From the NCBI GenBank assembly GCA_964270895.1, contig OZ185438.1: 64,000 nt of DNA. One strand, 5' to 3'. The notes below the pieces were generated by a model, which did no database searches, was not told where the DNA came from, and saw only the letters and a list, made by a program, of their open reading frames with translations. The DNA comes from Podarcis filfolensis. Lineage: Eukaryota. Both the position numbers and the translations under genes were made by a program. Of the stretch, positions 51,201-64,000 are shown piece after piece. Position 1 is the first letter of the stretch. Each line of letters starts with the position of its first letter.

Positions 51201-53048
51201 CCCCCCATATCACATTGAACCATAGCAAAACAAATCAAGGTTTTCATGTGAATGAAAGGTTGCTCAAAAGTTCCCAAAACAATTCTTCCCTGCTACGCCA
51301 CCGATGAAAAGAATTTAATCTAGCTTGAGTCATGAGAACTTAGGCTTGTGGTTTTCTCTTGGCTTACTGCCTGTGGTTTGTTTGGAGGAAACAAACGGTG
51401 AACCAACACAACTAGCCAGACACCGGCTTTGCTTAAGTCTGTGGCTCAGCAGCAGCAGCATGGGAACTTTTGAGCAGCATGCATCATCACGCTGTACCTG
51501 CACATGGTTTAATACGACACGTGAACTGGGCTGGTGTCTCGGATGCAGGTAGCTTGTAAGGGAAAGATTTTGGTCCTCCTTGACCCCTTCTCAAAACGAG
51601 CGGGACTTGGGCTACCTGGAATCAGCAGAGTAGCAACTGTTCTGCTGACTGCTGGTACTTTCCCTGTTTTGTATTTTGCTTAAATCAAGGACAACAGCAA
51701 AAGCTGCAAAGCTGAAACTTCTGCTTTGTTTTATGTTTGGAAATAGCTGGACAGCTGTGTTCTTAACCTAGAGAGACCCCACAATGATAAAATTTGAGGC
51801 TGCTGTACTGCTACAACTCCCAGCCCACCTGACCTGAAAGTAAGCCCCAAATAATTCAATAGGAATTATCTTTGAGTAAAAATGCCTGTGATTGCCCTGG
51901 CAAATGGCATTCCTTGCATTTTATAAGACACTTTAAAAGCTACTTTATATATGTTGCTTTATATTCATAAATACCAAGGGCTCGTTAATTTATACCAACA
52001 GCTGAAGTCTTCTGTAACTTCTTGCATCCCATAAAGCTATAAACATCCTGTGTACAATAATGGGGTTTTACAAATGAAGCTGATATCTAACTGTTAAATC
52101 TATGCCAGTAGACTGACATTTCCTTTTGCGTACAGAAGATGTGAACAAAGATTAGTGACCATTCACAGTATGCACATCACAAGTTATACTGCGGGAAATG
52201 AAGGTTTAGGCATACCATAGTTCATTATCCTCATCTGGCATTAATACAGGGAGAATAAAGTAAGGCAAACACTTTTTTATGCCATATGAATTAAGGTTAA
52301 CTTGTGTCCTGAAGATTGCTTCTGCCAGGAGAAAAGTAACAAGCAGCAGCCTCTAATTTAGAACTGGAGAAATATTTAAACAACACATCTGCTCTCAGGA
52401 CAGTGAGGGAATAGAGATGATACAAGGGCTTGGTGTGCTATCCCTTCCACACTTCTAAAATATAATTATAGGGAAAGAATAGCATCAACAGCATCTCAGT
52501 TAAAAATCCATTTAGTGGGAACCCTAAAGTGAGTAGCTCGGAACACTTCATGTAAAAAAGAAAAAAGGACAAGATGTTTTACTCTTTGCTCCTTTACTAG
52601 AAAACAACAGCATAAACATGGTTTGAATTATTATTATTTTTTTAAGTTAGATAATGTAAGCATAAAGAAACCTAGTCCTACCTTATTTACCGCTGGATCA
52701 AATAAATAAAATGAAGTGTGTCATTTACACAATTGTGCCACACTAATCTTTGGTCTTGATTTTGCACCAAAACTAAAACTGAATCACATTTTACTAATAG
52801 GTTAAGAAAACCTGCTATAATTGCTCATCCATTTGCTGGATTCTACCCAAGTATGCTTTGCCATTATCAAACATGTTTCACAGCTTCCTGGTTTGTTTTA
52901 TTAGTTCTGCTGCTGTTTTTATTATACTGCTTTATTACGTTCCGTTTTTATTGACATTTGATTGTATTTAACGGTTAGCTTCTTTGAGACTCTGCAAAAA
53001 GAAGGGATATAAATCTATTTATATATAAAAATAAAACCAATAAAATAC

Positions 53049-53252
53049 CAGTGATGATCTCTCCCACGTGGTGCCCCGACTTCAGGAATCCAAAGACTGT
53101 TTTTGATTGATAGGCACAGTCCACACAGGCTTGCACAGCCTGCTGAAGCACTACATTCACAGGACCCGGTCCAAAGTGATCAGGAAGCTGCTGAACCTTC
53201 TTTTTGTCCAGATGAGGCCCAGAGTTTCCGTGTTTGTTAACATAGACACAAA
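53049..53252 (-). CDS. SCML2: SCML2 exon, SLED (DUF3588) domain N-part
   Basis: VCVYVNKHGNSGPHLDKKKVQQLPDHFGPGPVNVVLQQAVQACVDCA; TTAG acceptor and GTATTT donor, phases 1 to 1. Confidence 0.95.
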
Positions 53253-53461
53253 CTAAGAGAAAAAAGGAGGAATGTCAATATTTTTTTTTAAAAACAAGAA
53301 TTTGCAAACAATGCATTCCAGACCAAATAATATTTCATAAAGGTTTCATTGAGAATGGACTGGATGAACATCTTCTATACATTTTATCTATTTCAAAAGC
53401 TTGCAAATAGCTAAACGGTAATTAGGTGATGAACAGAGGAGCTGATGCTCTGCATGTAAAA

Positions 53462-53857
53462 ACAAGGTAAAGGATCCCTAGACAGTTAGGTCCAGTCAAA
53501 GGCGACTATGGGGTTGTGGCACTCATCTCACTTTCAGGCCGAGGGAGCTGGTGTTTGTCCACAGACAGCTTTCTGGGTCATGTGGCCAGCATGACTAAAC
53601 CGCTTCTGGTGCAACAAGACACTGACGGAAACCAGAGTGCACTGACGGAAACCAGAGTGCACGGAAATGGTTTACCTTCCCGCCGCAGCGGTACCTATTG
53701 ATCTACTTGCACTGGTGTGCTTTTGAATGCTAGGTTGGCAGGAGCTGGAAGAGAGCAACGAGAGCTCACCCCGTTGCGGGGATTCGAAGCACCGACCTTC
53801 TGATCGGCAAGCCCAAGAGGCTCAGTGGTTTAGACCACAGCGCCACCCACGTCCTTT
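53462..53857 (-). mobile_element. Sauria SINE with internal 20-bp tandem duplication
   Basis: Reverse-complement Sauria SINE; TSD ATGTAAAA (53454-53461 / 53858-53865). Confidence 0.92.
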
Positions 53858-54334
53858 ATGTAAAATCTACCCACACTAAACAAACTACTTCCATATGCTT
53901 TATTTAACCTCCAACTCCAACAGGTGGTGGTGAAACCACAAATGTCCACACACTTGCCACATCTAGACAAGCCTAACTGCCAAATTATATACCCACATTC
54001 CTTGCTTTTTCCTGTTATCCTCCAGAACTATAGAGCTAACAAATATGCCTTTAGGAGCAAATGCTGCTCCTTCCCTTCTATATTTTGTCTGCCCTTGTAA
54101 TAACCCCAGATCAAGGTACTCTTCCCATATTTGGATAGGGGACGTTGGCTACAAGTGTCTTGGTAAAGTCACACTGAATATGTGGCAGGAAATTAATGTG
54201 TTCATGGTGTGAAAATCTTCAACATATGCATTTGAAAATATAGTTCGTTGATGTTGATGAGAGGTAACTGACGCATGCCCATGATACATGGAATGAGAGA
54301 AAAGCAGAAACAGAAACAGAAGATAAGAGGAATA

Positions 54335-54570
54335 CAGTGGTACCTTGGTTTATGAACTTAATCCGTTCCGGAAGTCTGTTCTTAAACCAAGGTGTGCTTT
54401 CCCATAGCAGCGGGGGACTCGATTTGCAAATGGAACACAATCAACAGGAAGTGGAACATGTTCTGCTTCCAAGGCAAAGTTCACAAACCAAAACACCTAC
54501 TTCCGGGTTTGCAGTGTTCTTAATCCAAGTTGTTCATAAACTAAGCTGTTCTTAAACCAAGGTACCACTG
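54335..54570. mobile_element. Tigger/pogo-like MITE, 236 bp
   Basis: Perfect 18-bp TIR CAGTGGTACCTTGGTTTA with TA TSD. Confidence 0.9.
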
Positions 54571-55400
54571 TAGTAAAAATGAGGGGTAGGGTATAGGCAG
54601 CAGGAAAACAGAAGGTCAGAATTAAGGCAAGGAAAAATAAGATCAGAAGGCAGGGGGCAGGGAAAAGGCAAGATAACAGAACATGGTGAATGAGAAATAA
54701 AAGGAGGAAAGAGGAATTTCAAAGCAAAACAAGAAAGGTAGTAAGAAAAGTTCAGCAGAAAAGCTGAATGGTTGTTAGATGGGTAAACGGTCAAAAACGC
54801 TAGAACAGGGAGAGAATGAATAGGACCAAGCCACAGAGACACTCCGAATACTGCTTTGGGGAAATAATCTGCTCTTATATCTGACAGAGCCAGATAGTTC
54901 TTCGGCCTGTGCAGGGAAGTAACAAGCAAACTGTTCAGCCAAGCAACAAGACACAAGAAGATACCCGAGACCAATGGAGGTCTATTTTGTGCAGGTAGAG
55001 CGCTGCTAACTCTGAAGGCAGTGAAAAAAATGTCTAGCAAGAAATGAAAGCCAAGTGAGAGATTTGGGAGCAGGGTGCTAGCAGTAGCACGCACCATAGC
55101 TTCATTTTCCAATCACTACTACTACTTCCTATTATTTTTATTTTATTTTCCATTACTACTGTGTACATGCTAACTAGAAGTAAAACTATGCAGCCAGTTA
55201 CCTGCATTTCTAGTTTAGTGGACTTTCATGCAGCCATAAAAGATGCTACTTAAAAAAGAAAAGTTATTGGGATCACACTCTGCTTTCTTCTGAGAGGTGA
55301 TAGAGGTAACATATATCCGAAGAGTTTCAAACCTGTACACAAAATGAGGAGTCGGATCCAGTGTTAAAGGCTGTTGTTCACTTTCAAGCGAACAGAGGCA

Positions 55401-55575
55401 GCAGCCTTACACTGAGTCAGACGTAGGCCTATCCAGCTCAGTAATGTCTGCAACAATCTGACAGTGGCTCTCCATGGCTTCAAACAGGGCATTCCCTGCC
55501 ATACCTAGGGATGTTGACGACTGACCCAGGGACCACCTGCGTGCAAGCAGATGCTCTACCACTTAGCTACAGACC
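55401..55575 (-). mobile_element. tRNA-derived SINE with CR1/LF-SINE-like tail
   Basis: Reversed head AGATGCTCTACCACTTAGCTAC and tail CCTTACACTGAGTCAGAC. Confidence 0.65.
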
Positions 55576-55685
55576 AGTATCTGAATCCATTTACTTTTAC
55601 CAGTGCTTTCATGACACTCTGGAACCAACCAGCAGTACCCCAGAAGATTTATATAGACAGACATGCAAGCTATAGATCATTTTAC

Positions 55686-55818
55686 CTGTTGAAATGACAG
55701 CCGCTGTTACGCCAGTGATACTAGGTCCATCTTTGTGTATCTGAGGTGCGCTGTTGTCCACTTTTGCAGAGATAAGGGGAGGAGGAAATACTGGAGATTG
55801 CACTGGTAAGATTTTTTT
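55686..55818 (-). CDS. SCML2: SCML2 exon (KKILPVQSPVFPPPLISAKVDNSAPQIHKDGPSITGVTAAVIST)
   Basis: TTTTTACAG acceptor and GTAAAA donor; phases 0 to 1 fit both neighbouring exons. Confidence 0.82.
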
Positions 55819-56793
55819 CTGTAAAAAGAATATATTTATCATAAATTTTAAAAAATATAACTGTTTCTTTCCTATCAGAAGACAGACAGCCTTCAGATCA
55901 CCATTTGCTGAAGCTCTTAGTTCTCTTAACTGTAGAATGCTGCCAGAAGTGTATAAAGACTAGATCTTTGCAACTCCCAGTCCCAACCCATTTTTCAAGG
56001 GTTCTCCAGAAGGGTCAGCATCAGAATTTCATCACAGGCTAGGGAACCACATGAGATAATCTGTTAAGACTGGCCAGCACACAAAAAGCCAGCTGAAGAT
56101 TACTTCACACATCGCTACCATATTAAGTACAGTGGTAGGTTCAGGTAGCTTCAGGCATTGTAAGCCACATCAGTTGTGTCCCACTTGCATGTCTAGTTCC
56201 CATGGATAATAAAGTTGCTGATACTTTAATTGATAGTGATGGCAGATGCTGATATTCTTCTTTGCCACTGTCCTTGCAACCACTGGCAAAAATGCATGCT
56301 TTAATTAGTGATCTTTGCCAGTAAAGTTAGCCAGCACCGAAGCAGCTCTTTTTAAAGCAGAGAGTCAACAAGAAATTAAATAAAGGAATATTTCTTTTGA
56401 CAACCACATTAGATTAACACTGAATGGGTAGCAATGGGTAGCTGAGGACAAATAAAGTGGTTCATAAATTAACAAAATAATATCTCTTTCACATAAGTAT
56501 CAAGGTGATTTAATGTCAAACAATTTAAAAAGCAAAAATAGGTCAAAAACAACAACTAAGGATTGATTTTAATACTTGAAGCTCCAAGGCCTAAAATGTT
56601 CACCAATAACATGTACAAAAGGGCAGGCCCAGCTCAAAAGAAGAGGCCTACTAGGTAGGTAAGGGATAAAGTGGTCTCTAAAGTAATATGTTTCCAAGTG
56701 CACTCTCCCTGTATCAGCAAATGTAGCAATCTAAATATATATATATATTTATCTTTGTCTCCAATACATTCAATAAAATATATTGTTTGCACC

Positions 56794-57545
56794 TTTTATT
56801 ATTGTTCTTTCTATACTGCCCTTCATCTGAGGATCACAGGGTGGTTTACAATATAAAAATACATAACATAGTAACAAACAAAAACAATGCCCCGCCCCTG
56901 TTTAAAAGGCCATAGATTTTTTTTTATTGGTCACAGGCCTAGAAGAAGGGGAATGTTTTTGCCTGTCGCCTATAGATATGCAACGAAAGTGCCAGGCGAG
57001 TTTCCCTGGAGAGAGCATTCCACAAGTGGGGAGCCACCACAGAAAAAAAGCTTCTTCTTGTGTTCCCACCCTTCAGACCTCTCACGAAGGGGGCACAAAA
57101 AGAAAGGCCTCAGATAATGATTACATGATATGGGGCGGTTTATATGGGAAGAAATAGTCCTTGAGGTATCCGTGGTCCAGAGCCATGTAAGGCTTTATAC
57201 ATCAAAACCAGCACTTTGAGCTGAGCTTGGGACCTAATTGGCAGCCAGGGCAGTCAGGACAGGATTGGCATTGTATGCTCAAAGCGTCTTGCCCTGGTGA
57301 GCAACCTGGCCGCTGAAGTCAGCACCAGCTGAAGTTTCACTGCAGTAATCTAAGAGTTTACCAGAACACTGATGACAGAAGTTAGGCTGTTCCTTGGGCC
57401 ACTAGCCAAAGCTGATGGAAGGCACTCTGCAACACCTCTGCTTCAAGTGACCGCAATGGATCCAGAATTACCCCCAAGCTGATTACCTGCTGTAACCTGA
57501 TCAGGGAACTTGTGCTCCTTCAAAGGGAGTGTAACCTTGAAAAGG
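56794..57545 (-). mobile_element. L2 LINE 3' fragment
   Basis: Same architecture as 63130-63932 (GAGAGCATTCCACA, AAAACCAGCACTTTGA); ends approximate. Confidence 0.75.
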
Positions 57546-57690
57546 ATGCTGTATTCAGACACACCTAGTAAACTGCTTGCACAACAGGACATTTCAAAAA
57601 GAAACTCGGTGGGGAAATCAGTACAAAATAAGCTGGGGAAACATAAAAAGCATCTACTGTAACTGTGATGGTAAACAGATATGCTCTCAC

Positions 57691-57947
57691 CTTTCTTCCT
57701 GGTTTCAAGCCTTTTTTCCTTTTTTTCAGATTCTCTTTTTGAGATGTGTTTTTCGCTACAGGGGTGTTTTTGGGAGATCTGCCTTTCCTAGGGACTGCAG
57801 GTGGAGCCACTGGTTTCCCCCGGCTAGGCTTCCTTCCCCTTGATGTAGAAGGAGGAACAGGAGCAGATTTCTGAGGAGACTGCATTGAGCGCCGGGTCAC
57901 TTTGGAAGGGGATGTTTGGGGTTTCGAATTATTCTTTGTACCCGAAA
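57691..57947 (-). CDS. SCML2: SCML2 exon, basic RBR-like region (SMQSPQK...KKRKKGLKPGRK)
   Basis: CACAG acceptor and GTGAGA donor, phases 1 to 0; SMQSPQK matches SCML2. Confidence 0.9.
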
Positions 57948-60900
57948 CTGTGAAGGAAGTCAAATATACATTTATCAGAATGCATACACTTCAGGAAGCG
58001 GTATTCTTAGAAAAGTTCAATTACACTTCGAAGTATGTTGACGACGAGATATTTTCAAGCGATTTGAACTGAAACAAGGACTACTAACTTTTAAATCAGA
58101 TAGCGAAGTGGTGTTTCTGACAGCAAGCTTGATGTGCAGAAATATGCAAGTGGGTAATGTTAATCTTTATGAAACTGCTGCTAGAGGCACAAAATTGGGC
58201 CATGTGATTTCTTTTCTAGCAACACCAGTTAGGACATAACGAGATAACAGAAGAGCTCCACCCCCCCAAAAAAACCCCTAAATGAAATTTAATGGAACTT
58301 CTTGGCAACATGCTTTGAGTTTTGCTTTCACAGGCCCTACTGAAATGAATGGAATTTGTTCAAGAATATTTGTGGTAACTCTATACGAACAGCAAGTCAT
58401 ATATACATATATCCATGCTTCTGATTAACTGAAAAAGTTTTGATCATTCTGCCTTCTACCCCTTGACTTTCCAGTCATGTGGATTCCTGTGACTGGTTTC
58501 ATTTGGTCAAGGAAGTACGCCGTTCAATTCCTTCATGTGTCTTACAGAAGAAGATTGCTTTTTCCCCCTTATAAAGAATATATATTTCACATCAAAATAA
58601 ATGTAGTTTTGATGTTTCCGTTGAGCTTGTTTTTCTAGTATCCAAGAAGAACCCTAAAGCAATTTTAAAGTCCCACAGTTGGTAAAACAATGTCTGCCCA
58701 TGTCTAAATGCAGCTGCTTCAATGTGAAAGGGAAAACACTTCAGTTTTCAAAAATAAAATTGTGGCACCATTTTGGACCAATTAAACACTGGAAAACTAT
58801 GTTTGAAAGATATAACCAAGGTTGCATGGTCTGTTTTTGTGTAAAGCAGGTAAATTCTACAGAGAGAACACATTCATAGGGAAAAAAAGGATTTTATTTA
58901 TGTGACACAAAATTTTAACCCATGAAATCTGGCCCAGCTCCTATGTATATTGTTGTTTGACTAGACCACACCCTACGGATTATACATTTCTTTTTCATAC
59001 AGCTTTATACAGTTCTGGAGACGTTTTAGCTAACTAAACAGTGTTGCTTTTCTTCATCACATTCAAAAGTTATCAACCACTTGTATTATACTACTGTTGA
59101 AGAATGAAACATTTCTAAGAAGGTACATTTATGTGAAGTTAAATTCCATGTATTCCGATGTTCAGAAAATCATCACTGGTGTAAAAATTGAAAAATTAAA
59201 GTTTTATTACAAAATGTAATTTCACTGCACACAAACACAAATTTCATCACACACTCCACACACACTTGCCACACTCACACATTGCAAAACAACAGTTATC
59301 TGGAATAAACATGTTTGTGCTACAGTCTATCGCTGCCTCCACTGAAATGTCAATGGCTTAACATGCAGCAAAAATCTGAGAGGACAGCAGAGTTCACAAA
59401 TACAAAGAAAACACCCTTCAATGCCACAGGTTGTAAAATAGCAGGTACACGCTTTTACACACAGTAACTTTCTGCTCTTTGGAATAAATGATGGATAGTG
59501 CTTGCTGAACAAAGGCTGCAAATGGAGTAATAATGAGCCCCTGCTGGAACGCTATATAAAAACAATTTCCTTTAAACAGGTCTCCTACCTTTATATTCCA
59601 GAGATGCAGATGTCATTTACATTAGCCACTTGTAAGGTTCAAGACCCAATCTCATAGGACTGCTTTTTTAGACTGAAAAAGCAGATCTGCAACAAAGCCC
59701 ACGCTGCCTGGACAGCGGGCACTGAAATTTTGCAGGAGCAAATCAGGGTGCAGCAATTTGCATTTGTTGGTTTAAGAGGAAGAGGAAGGGGGAGGGCAAC
59801 AGAGTGGAGGGGAGAGACTGCTAAAGCAATTCACATATTGTCTATGGGCTCTATTGACAGTGACCATCAGTCACCTGCTCATACTTCCTTAACCACCCCC
59901 TCTTGAGGAGGGGATCAAAGGTTACATGGGGTCAGAGAATCTGGAAAGAGTGAAAGGACAAGCAAAGAAATCGAGCTGCCAACACAACTGCATCATGTAC
60001 AGAGGTATCTCAGCTGAGCTACAGGAGCCAAAACTTGAAAACCATTTTGTAATCTCAACAGGATTTGTATTAAAATATTAGTGCATTAAAATATTAGTTT
60101 ATTAAAATGGGGCGGGGGGGGGGTTATCGGCAGTGTCTCTTTGTAATTAATATATAATGTGCAGTTGGAAGGGGGTGGGCAGCCCTTTTGCTCTTTTCAG
60201 GCCATTGCTTTGCATTACAATGACCCTCTCCATTCCACAAACAAAACAAAGCATTTTGTTTCTCGCTGAGCTGGCAAAACAATTGAGACATCAAGCATTC
60301 AGGTCTCTTGTGGGTACTCTAGCTATGCAGCAGCCCCTGCTTAAAACTCTGATCCTAAGCAACAACTTTATTAAAGTCTTTTCAAACCAAATAGTCTTAT
60401 ACTAACCGGAGCAACAATGCATCTTGAAAGGATGGAACAAGAAGCAAAGGATGTTAACACGGCTTTCTGTATTGAGAGTACTGATTGCTTATAGAGCTTT
60501 CAGTATCACAGAGTGCAAACATATAACAGCAACTAGGATGCTTCAATTGCTTCTACAATTGCTTATCCTTGTTTTGATAAGGTGTGAGAATATGCATTAA
60601 ACATTATGTGTAGACCTATGAAAAAGACTAAAAAATTATTGGTGCTTACAACTTTTCCACATCTGTTCATTTATTTTAGGATCCATAAGCAGACCCAGCA
60701 TAGTCAAACCCTACTATTACCAAATAGTCAGATGTTGCAGCTCCATATAAGACAAATTATGGTCTTCTGAAACAGGAAGGAGATAGTTGCTCAGCTTTTT
60801 CAGGGAACCTGCTTTTTAATGCCTCTAGAAAAAACTACTTAATGCATCTAGAAATAGTTGCTAGAAAAACTATTTGAAAAACTGTATGGACAGTAGCTAT

Positions 60901-61843
60901 GCTGGTGCCATAAGCAACTCAACAGCTGAGCAGCATCTCTTGACATTACTGTAATGAGAACAAAATATAGTACACCAATGTAAGAGAGGGAGAGGGAGGG
61001 AAAGAGAGAGACGCACATGCACAAGAGAAATAATGCAATCGTAATTGTGGAAAAGTTTATTAAGGAAATGTGAAATGCCACTACTTCTGACAATGATAAC
61101 ACTGGCTAAGTTCAGACATAACGAAAAACCATGGGATAATTTTGCTTCTGATTTTAAACACAGCTTTCATTACGTCCAATGTCATGGAACGGTAAGTCTG
61201 TTTAAGTGATGACTTGTGAGAACAAGCCATGTTCCGGAAGCACTTTTCCCTGATCATAGGAAACCATGGTTTACATATTATCCAAAGAAGCTTCCAATCA
61301 CCTTCCTTAGCACAACAGTGGGGGAGAGGGAAGCATGCAACTCCCAAGGGTTGCTACACCTTGTTCAGGTAACGTGACCCTACGGTTTCTCATTACATCT
61401 GAACTGGTGGCAAGCGTAAAGTTATCAAGGTTTGGCTCTCTTTGGCTGCAATCCTATATCCATGAACACGATGGGAAGCTACACTGCAAGTATAGTAAAT
61501 GATAGAGCAGAGGTTACCAATATTTCTGGACTAGTGGGCAAATTTTGTAGGGTGACAGTCACAAAACCTTCGTAGCCACCATAGCACCTGCAGACATTGG
61601 AATGGTGATCCCTGGTGCTGGTGAAGACATTTAATTAAAGCTAGTGGGATGCCTTAGGCTTTATTTCACCCGACTTAGTTTTTGCTATAGCATTAAATGA
61701 TGATGGGAAACACACAAAAACCAACACATTTTTCCTTATAGCTTCTCTGTCAGCTGTATCAAAGCCTTAAAAGCACAGGCTTAAAAGCAAAGATGGACCA
61801 GATGAGCCTGACGTGTGGAATTTAACAAATAAAAAATTCTTAC

Positions 61844-62087
61844 CACTATTCCCTGGTGGCTGTAGAGCATCTCCTGTTAAATCGCACCATCCGACTGGAA
61901 AGATATCCCGAGAATCATATTTACACCAATAGTCAAATGCCCCTCGCCAGCCATCAAAGGTAATAAAAACTTCATCTCCTTTAACATTCCCAATGGTTGC
62001 GGGACATATTAAATAAGGATTTTTTCTGTCTATTGCTTCTAGCTTCATTCCAACTTTAAAACAGTTTGGAGAAGGCTTTGTAGGTTC
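61844..62087 (-). CDS. SCML2: SCML2 exon, MBT repeat 2 (most 5' coding exon found in the window; gene is 5'-partial)
   Basis: FKVGMKLEAIDRKNPYLICPATIGNVKGDEVFITFDGWRGAFDYWCKYDSRDIFPVGWC; CAG acceptor and GTAAGA donor; all nine exons join in frame (1707 nt). Confidence 0.96.
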
Positions 62088-63129
62088 CTGCCAAAACAAA
62101 AGAGCCAAACAGGTATGAGATCTTGGAAGGAAATGAGTTTCATATAACCTTCATGCCTAAAAGGACTCATGCTCCAAAAGATACATAGTACTGGGGGGGA
62201 AATATGTTAGCACTTTTCCTGTATTTTCTATGGTCCAGAGCTCCTCCATGGATAAAAATTCATGTTTCTAAGCTAAATGACAGGTTTTATGAGTGATAAA
62301 AAAGCAGCAAAGAATTTAAAAGCAAGAATTTAAAAGAAATTGACAAAAGGACACTTTGGAGTATTTAGTTATTTACAATATGTCTATTGCCGCCTATCAA
62401 CAAGAAGTCCATTTTTTGTTGTTGAAAATTTAAGATACGTATTTCTTTCCTTAATTACTGATGAAAGAAACAGAACTACCAAGCAACATATTTCCAACGC
62501 CTTGATAATCACAAGAAGAATAAGTTGTTACAGTGTTGTGAAAAACATAAAATAGTTTGCAGTGTCACCCGTCAGTGTTGAGACCATGAACTGACCAATT
62601 ACCATCTTCAAGTCTATGCCTAAAGCAGGTTTGTAAACGAACAGGAGACTCTCTTATAAAGCCATTCAAATTTGCATAATGTGACTTCAATGCATGTTCA
62701 AATGATGAATTGCTTCCATGATGGCATTTTGTTTCCTACTCTTCCTTACATTTTATTGTTCGTTAGATTGACGTTTTGTGGGGAAGGACATGAATTATTA
62801 ATAAAAAGGGGCATAGCTTCATTTGTAAAATTGTCCATGTAACTAAAAGGACAATTTAAGTTGTAAATATAACTTATATTCTTCTTCCTTACATAATTAA
62901 GGCACGTTATTTCATTTCTTCACTTTGTAAATCAACCCACTTCATTTTCTTCGCAGAACAGACTTGTACTGTTCCAGCTTTGGTGCAATTCATAAAGTTT
63001 ATTTATTTATTTCATAACATTTTCGTTCCGCTTGTGTGTAAAAAAAACCCCAACCAAACCTCGAAGCAGTTTACAAAATGAGTAACACAATAAAATAATC
63101 AGCAAAGAAAGTTTAAAACATCCAGATTT

Positions 63130-63932
63130 ACTACTACTACTACTATTGACTGAATTTATATACTACCCTATACCCGGAGGTCTCAGGGTGGTTCACAGAA
63201 CAAAATCAAAATATAAAACCACAAAATACATAATCTAAATGAAAACAAGAACCCAAGAACCCGCTCCTCCCAAACGCCCACATTTTAAAAGGGCATAGGA
63301 TGTCAATCAAATCAACTGTCTAGTTAAAAAGGAACTTTTTTGCCTGGTGCCTAAAGGTGTATAATGAAAGTGCCAGGTGAACGTCCCTGGGGAGAGCATT
63401 CCACAGACAGGGAGCCACTGCAGAGAAGGCCCCGTTCTCGAGTTGCCACCCTCTGGACCTCTCAAGGAGGAGGCACACAAAGGAGGGCCTCAGAAGATTA
63501 TCTCAGGGTCTGGGTAGGTTCATATGGAAAGAGGCGGTCCTTGAGGTATTACGGTCCTGAGCCGTTTAAGGCTTTATAGGTCAAAACCAGCACTTTGAAT
63601 TGGGCCTGGAAATGGCAGCCAATGCAGTCAGACCAGGATCAGTGTAATATGTTCAAACCATCTTGCTCCGTAACCTGGCCGCTGAATTCTGCACTAGCTG
63701 AAGTTTCTGAACCATCTTCAGACGCAGCCCTACGTAGAACGCATTGCAGTAATCTAAACTTGTGGTTACCAGAGCATAGACAACTGTAGTTAGGCTATCC
63801 CTGTCCAGATAGTGCGTAGTTGGGCCACCAGCCAAAGCTGATGGAAGGCATTCCGCTCCACTGAGGCCGCCTGAGCCTCGAGCGACAGCAAAGGATCCAG
63901 CAGTGCCCCCAAGCTACGAACCTGCTCCTTCA
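63130..63932 (-). mobile_element. L2 LINE 3' fragment
   Basis: Minus-strand peptide ALVTTSLDYCNAFYVGL..QKLQLVQNSAARL is L2 RT C-terminal; (TAG)n tail at the left. Confidence 0.85.
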
Positions 63933-64000
63933 GATCAGAAGTGCAAGAGCAGACAATCTAGTGCCTCAGTCTTATCTGGATTGAGCTTCAGTTATTAAAA

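Noticed and set aside
54552-55112. 186-aa minus-strand ORF in an SCML2 intron
   Set aside because: TTG start, Leu/Phe/Ser-rich product of a pyrimidine-rich strand, ends inside a Tigger MITE
1-64000. CRISPR arrays, rRNA, snoRNA or miRNA genes
   Set aside because: Eukaryotic locus with no regular repeat-spacer array; the hairpins seen are explained by MITEs or the listed inverted repeats

Overview
Vertebrate genomic DNA, most likely a lacertid lizard (inferred from Sauria SINEs, RTE-BovB, squamate-type L2 LINEs and hAT/Tigger MITEs). It holds two convergent genes. RAI2 is on the + strand: CpG-island promoter and non-coding exon 1 at about 0.9-2.1 kb, a ~32-kb intron, and a single coding exon with CDS 34053-35720 (555 aa). 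The 3' part of an SCML2-type Polycomb gene is on the - strand: nine coding exons from MBT repeat 2 through RBR and SLED to SAM, 1707 nt in phase, with the 5' exons beyond the window. The strongest non-routine observations are: (1) an inverted duplicate of an SCML2 intron/exon junction in the last intron, able to pair over that exon's 3' splice site and predicting skipped or SAM-less isoforms; (2) two solo LTRs (TG..CA, 5-bp TSDs) carrying an Arg/Lys-rich ORF whose differences between copies are mostly synonymous; (3) a ~205-bp, ~97% identical inverted repeat in the RAI2 intron; (4) a ~320-codon intronic stretch in the SCML2 frame with only one stop. All alignments and counts were done by eye; gene identities and human synteny are recalled, not database-checked.
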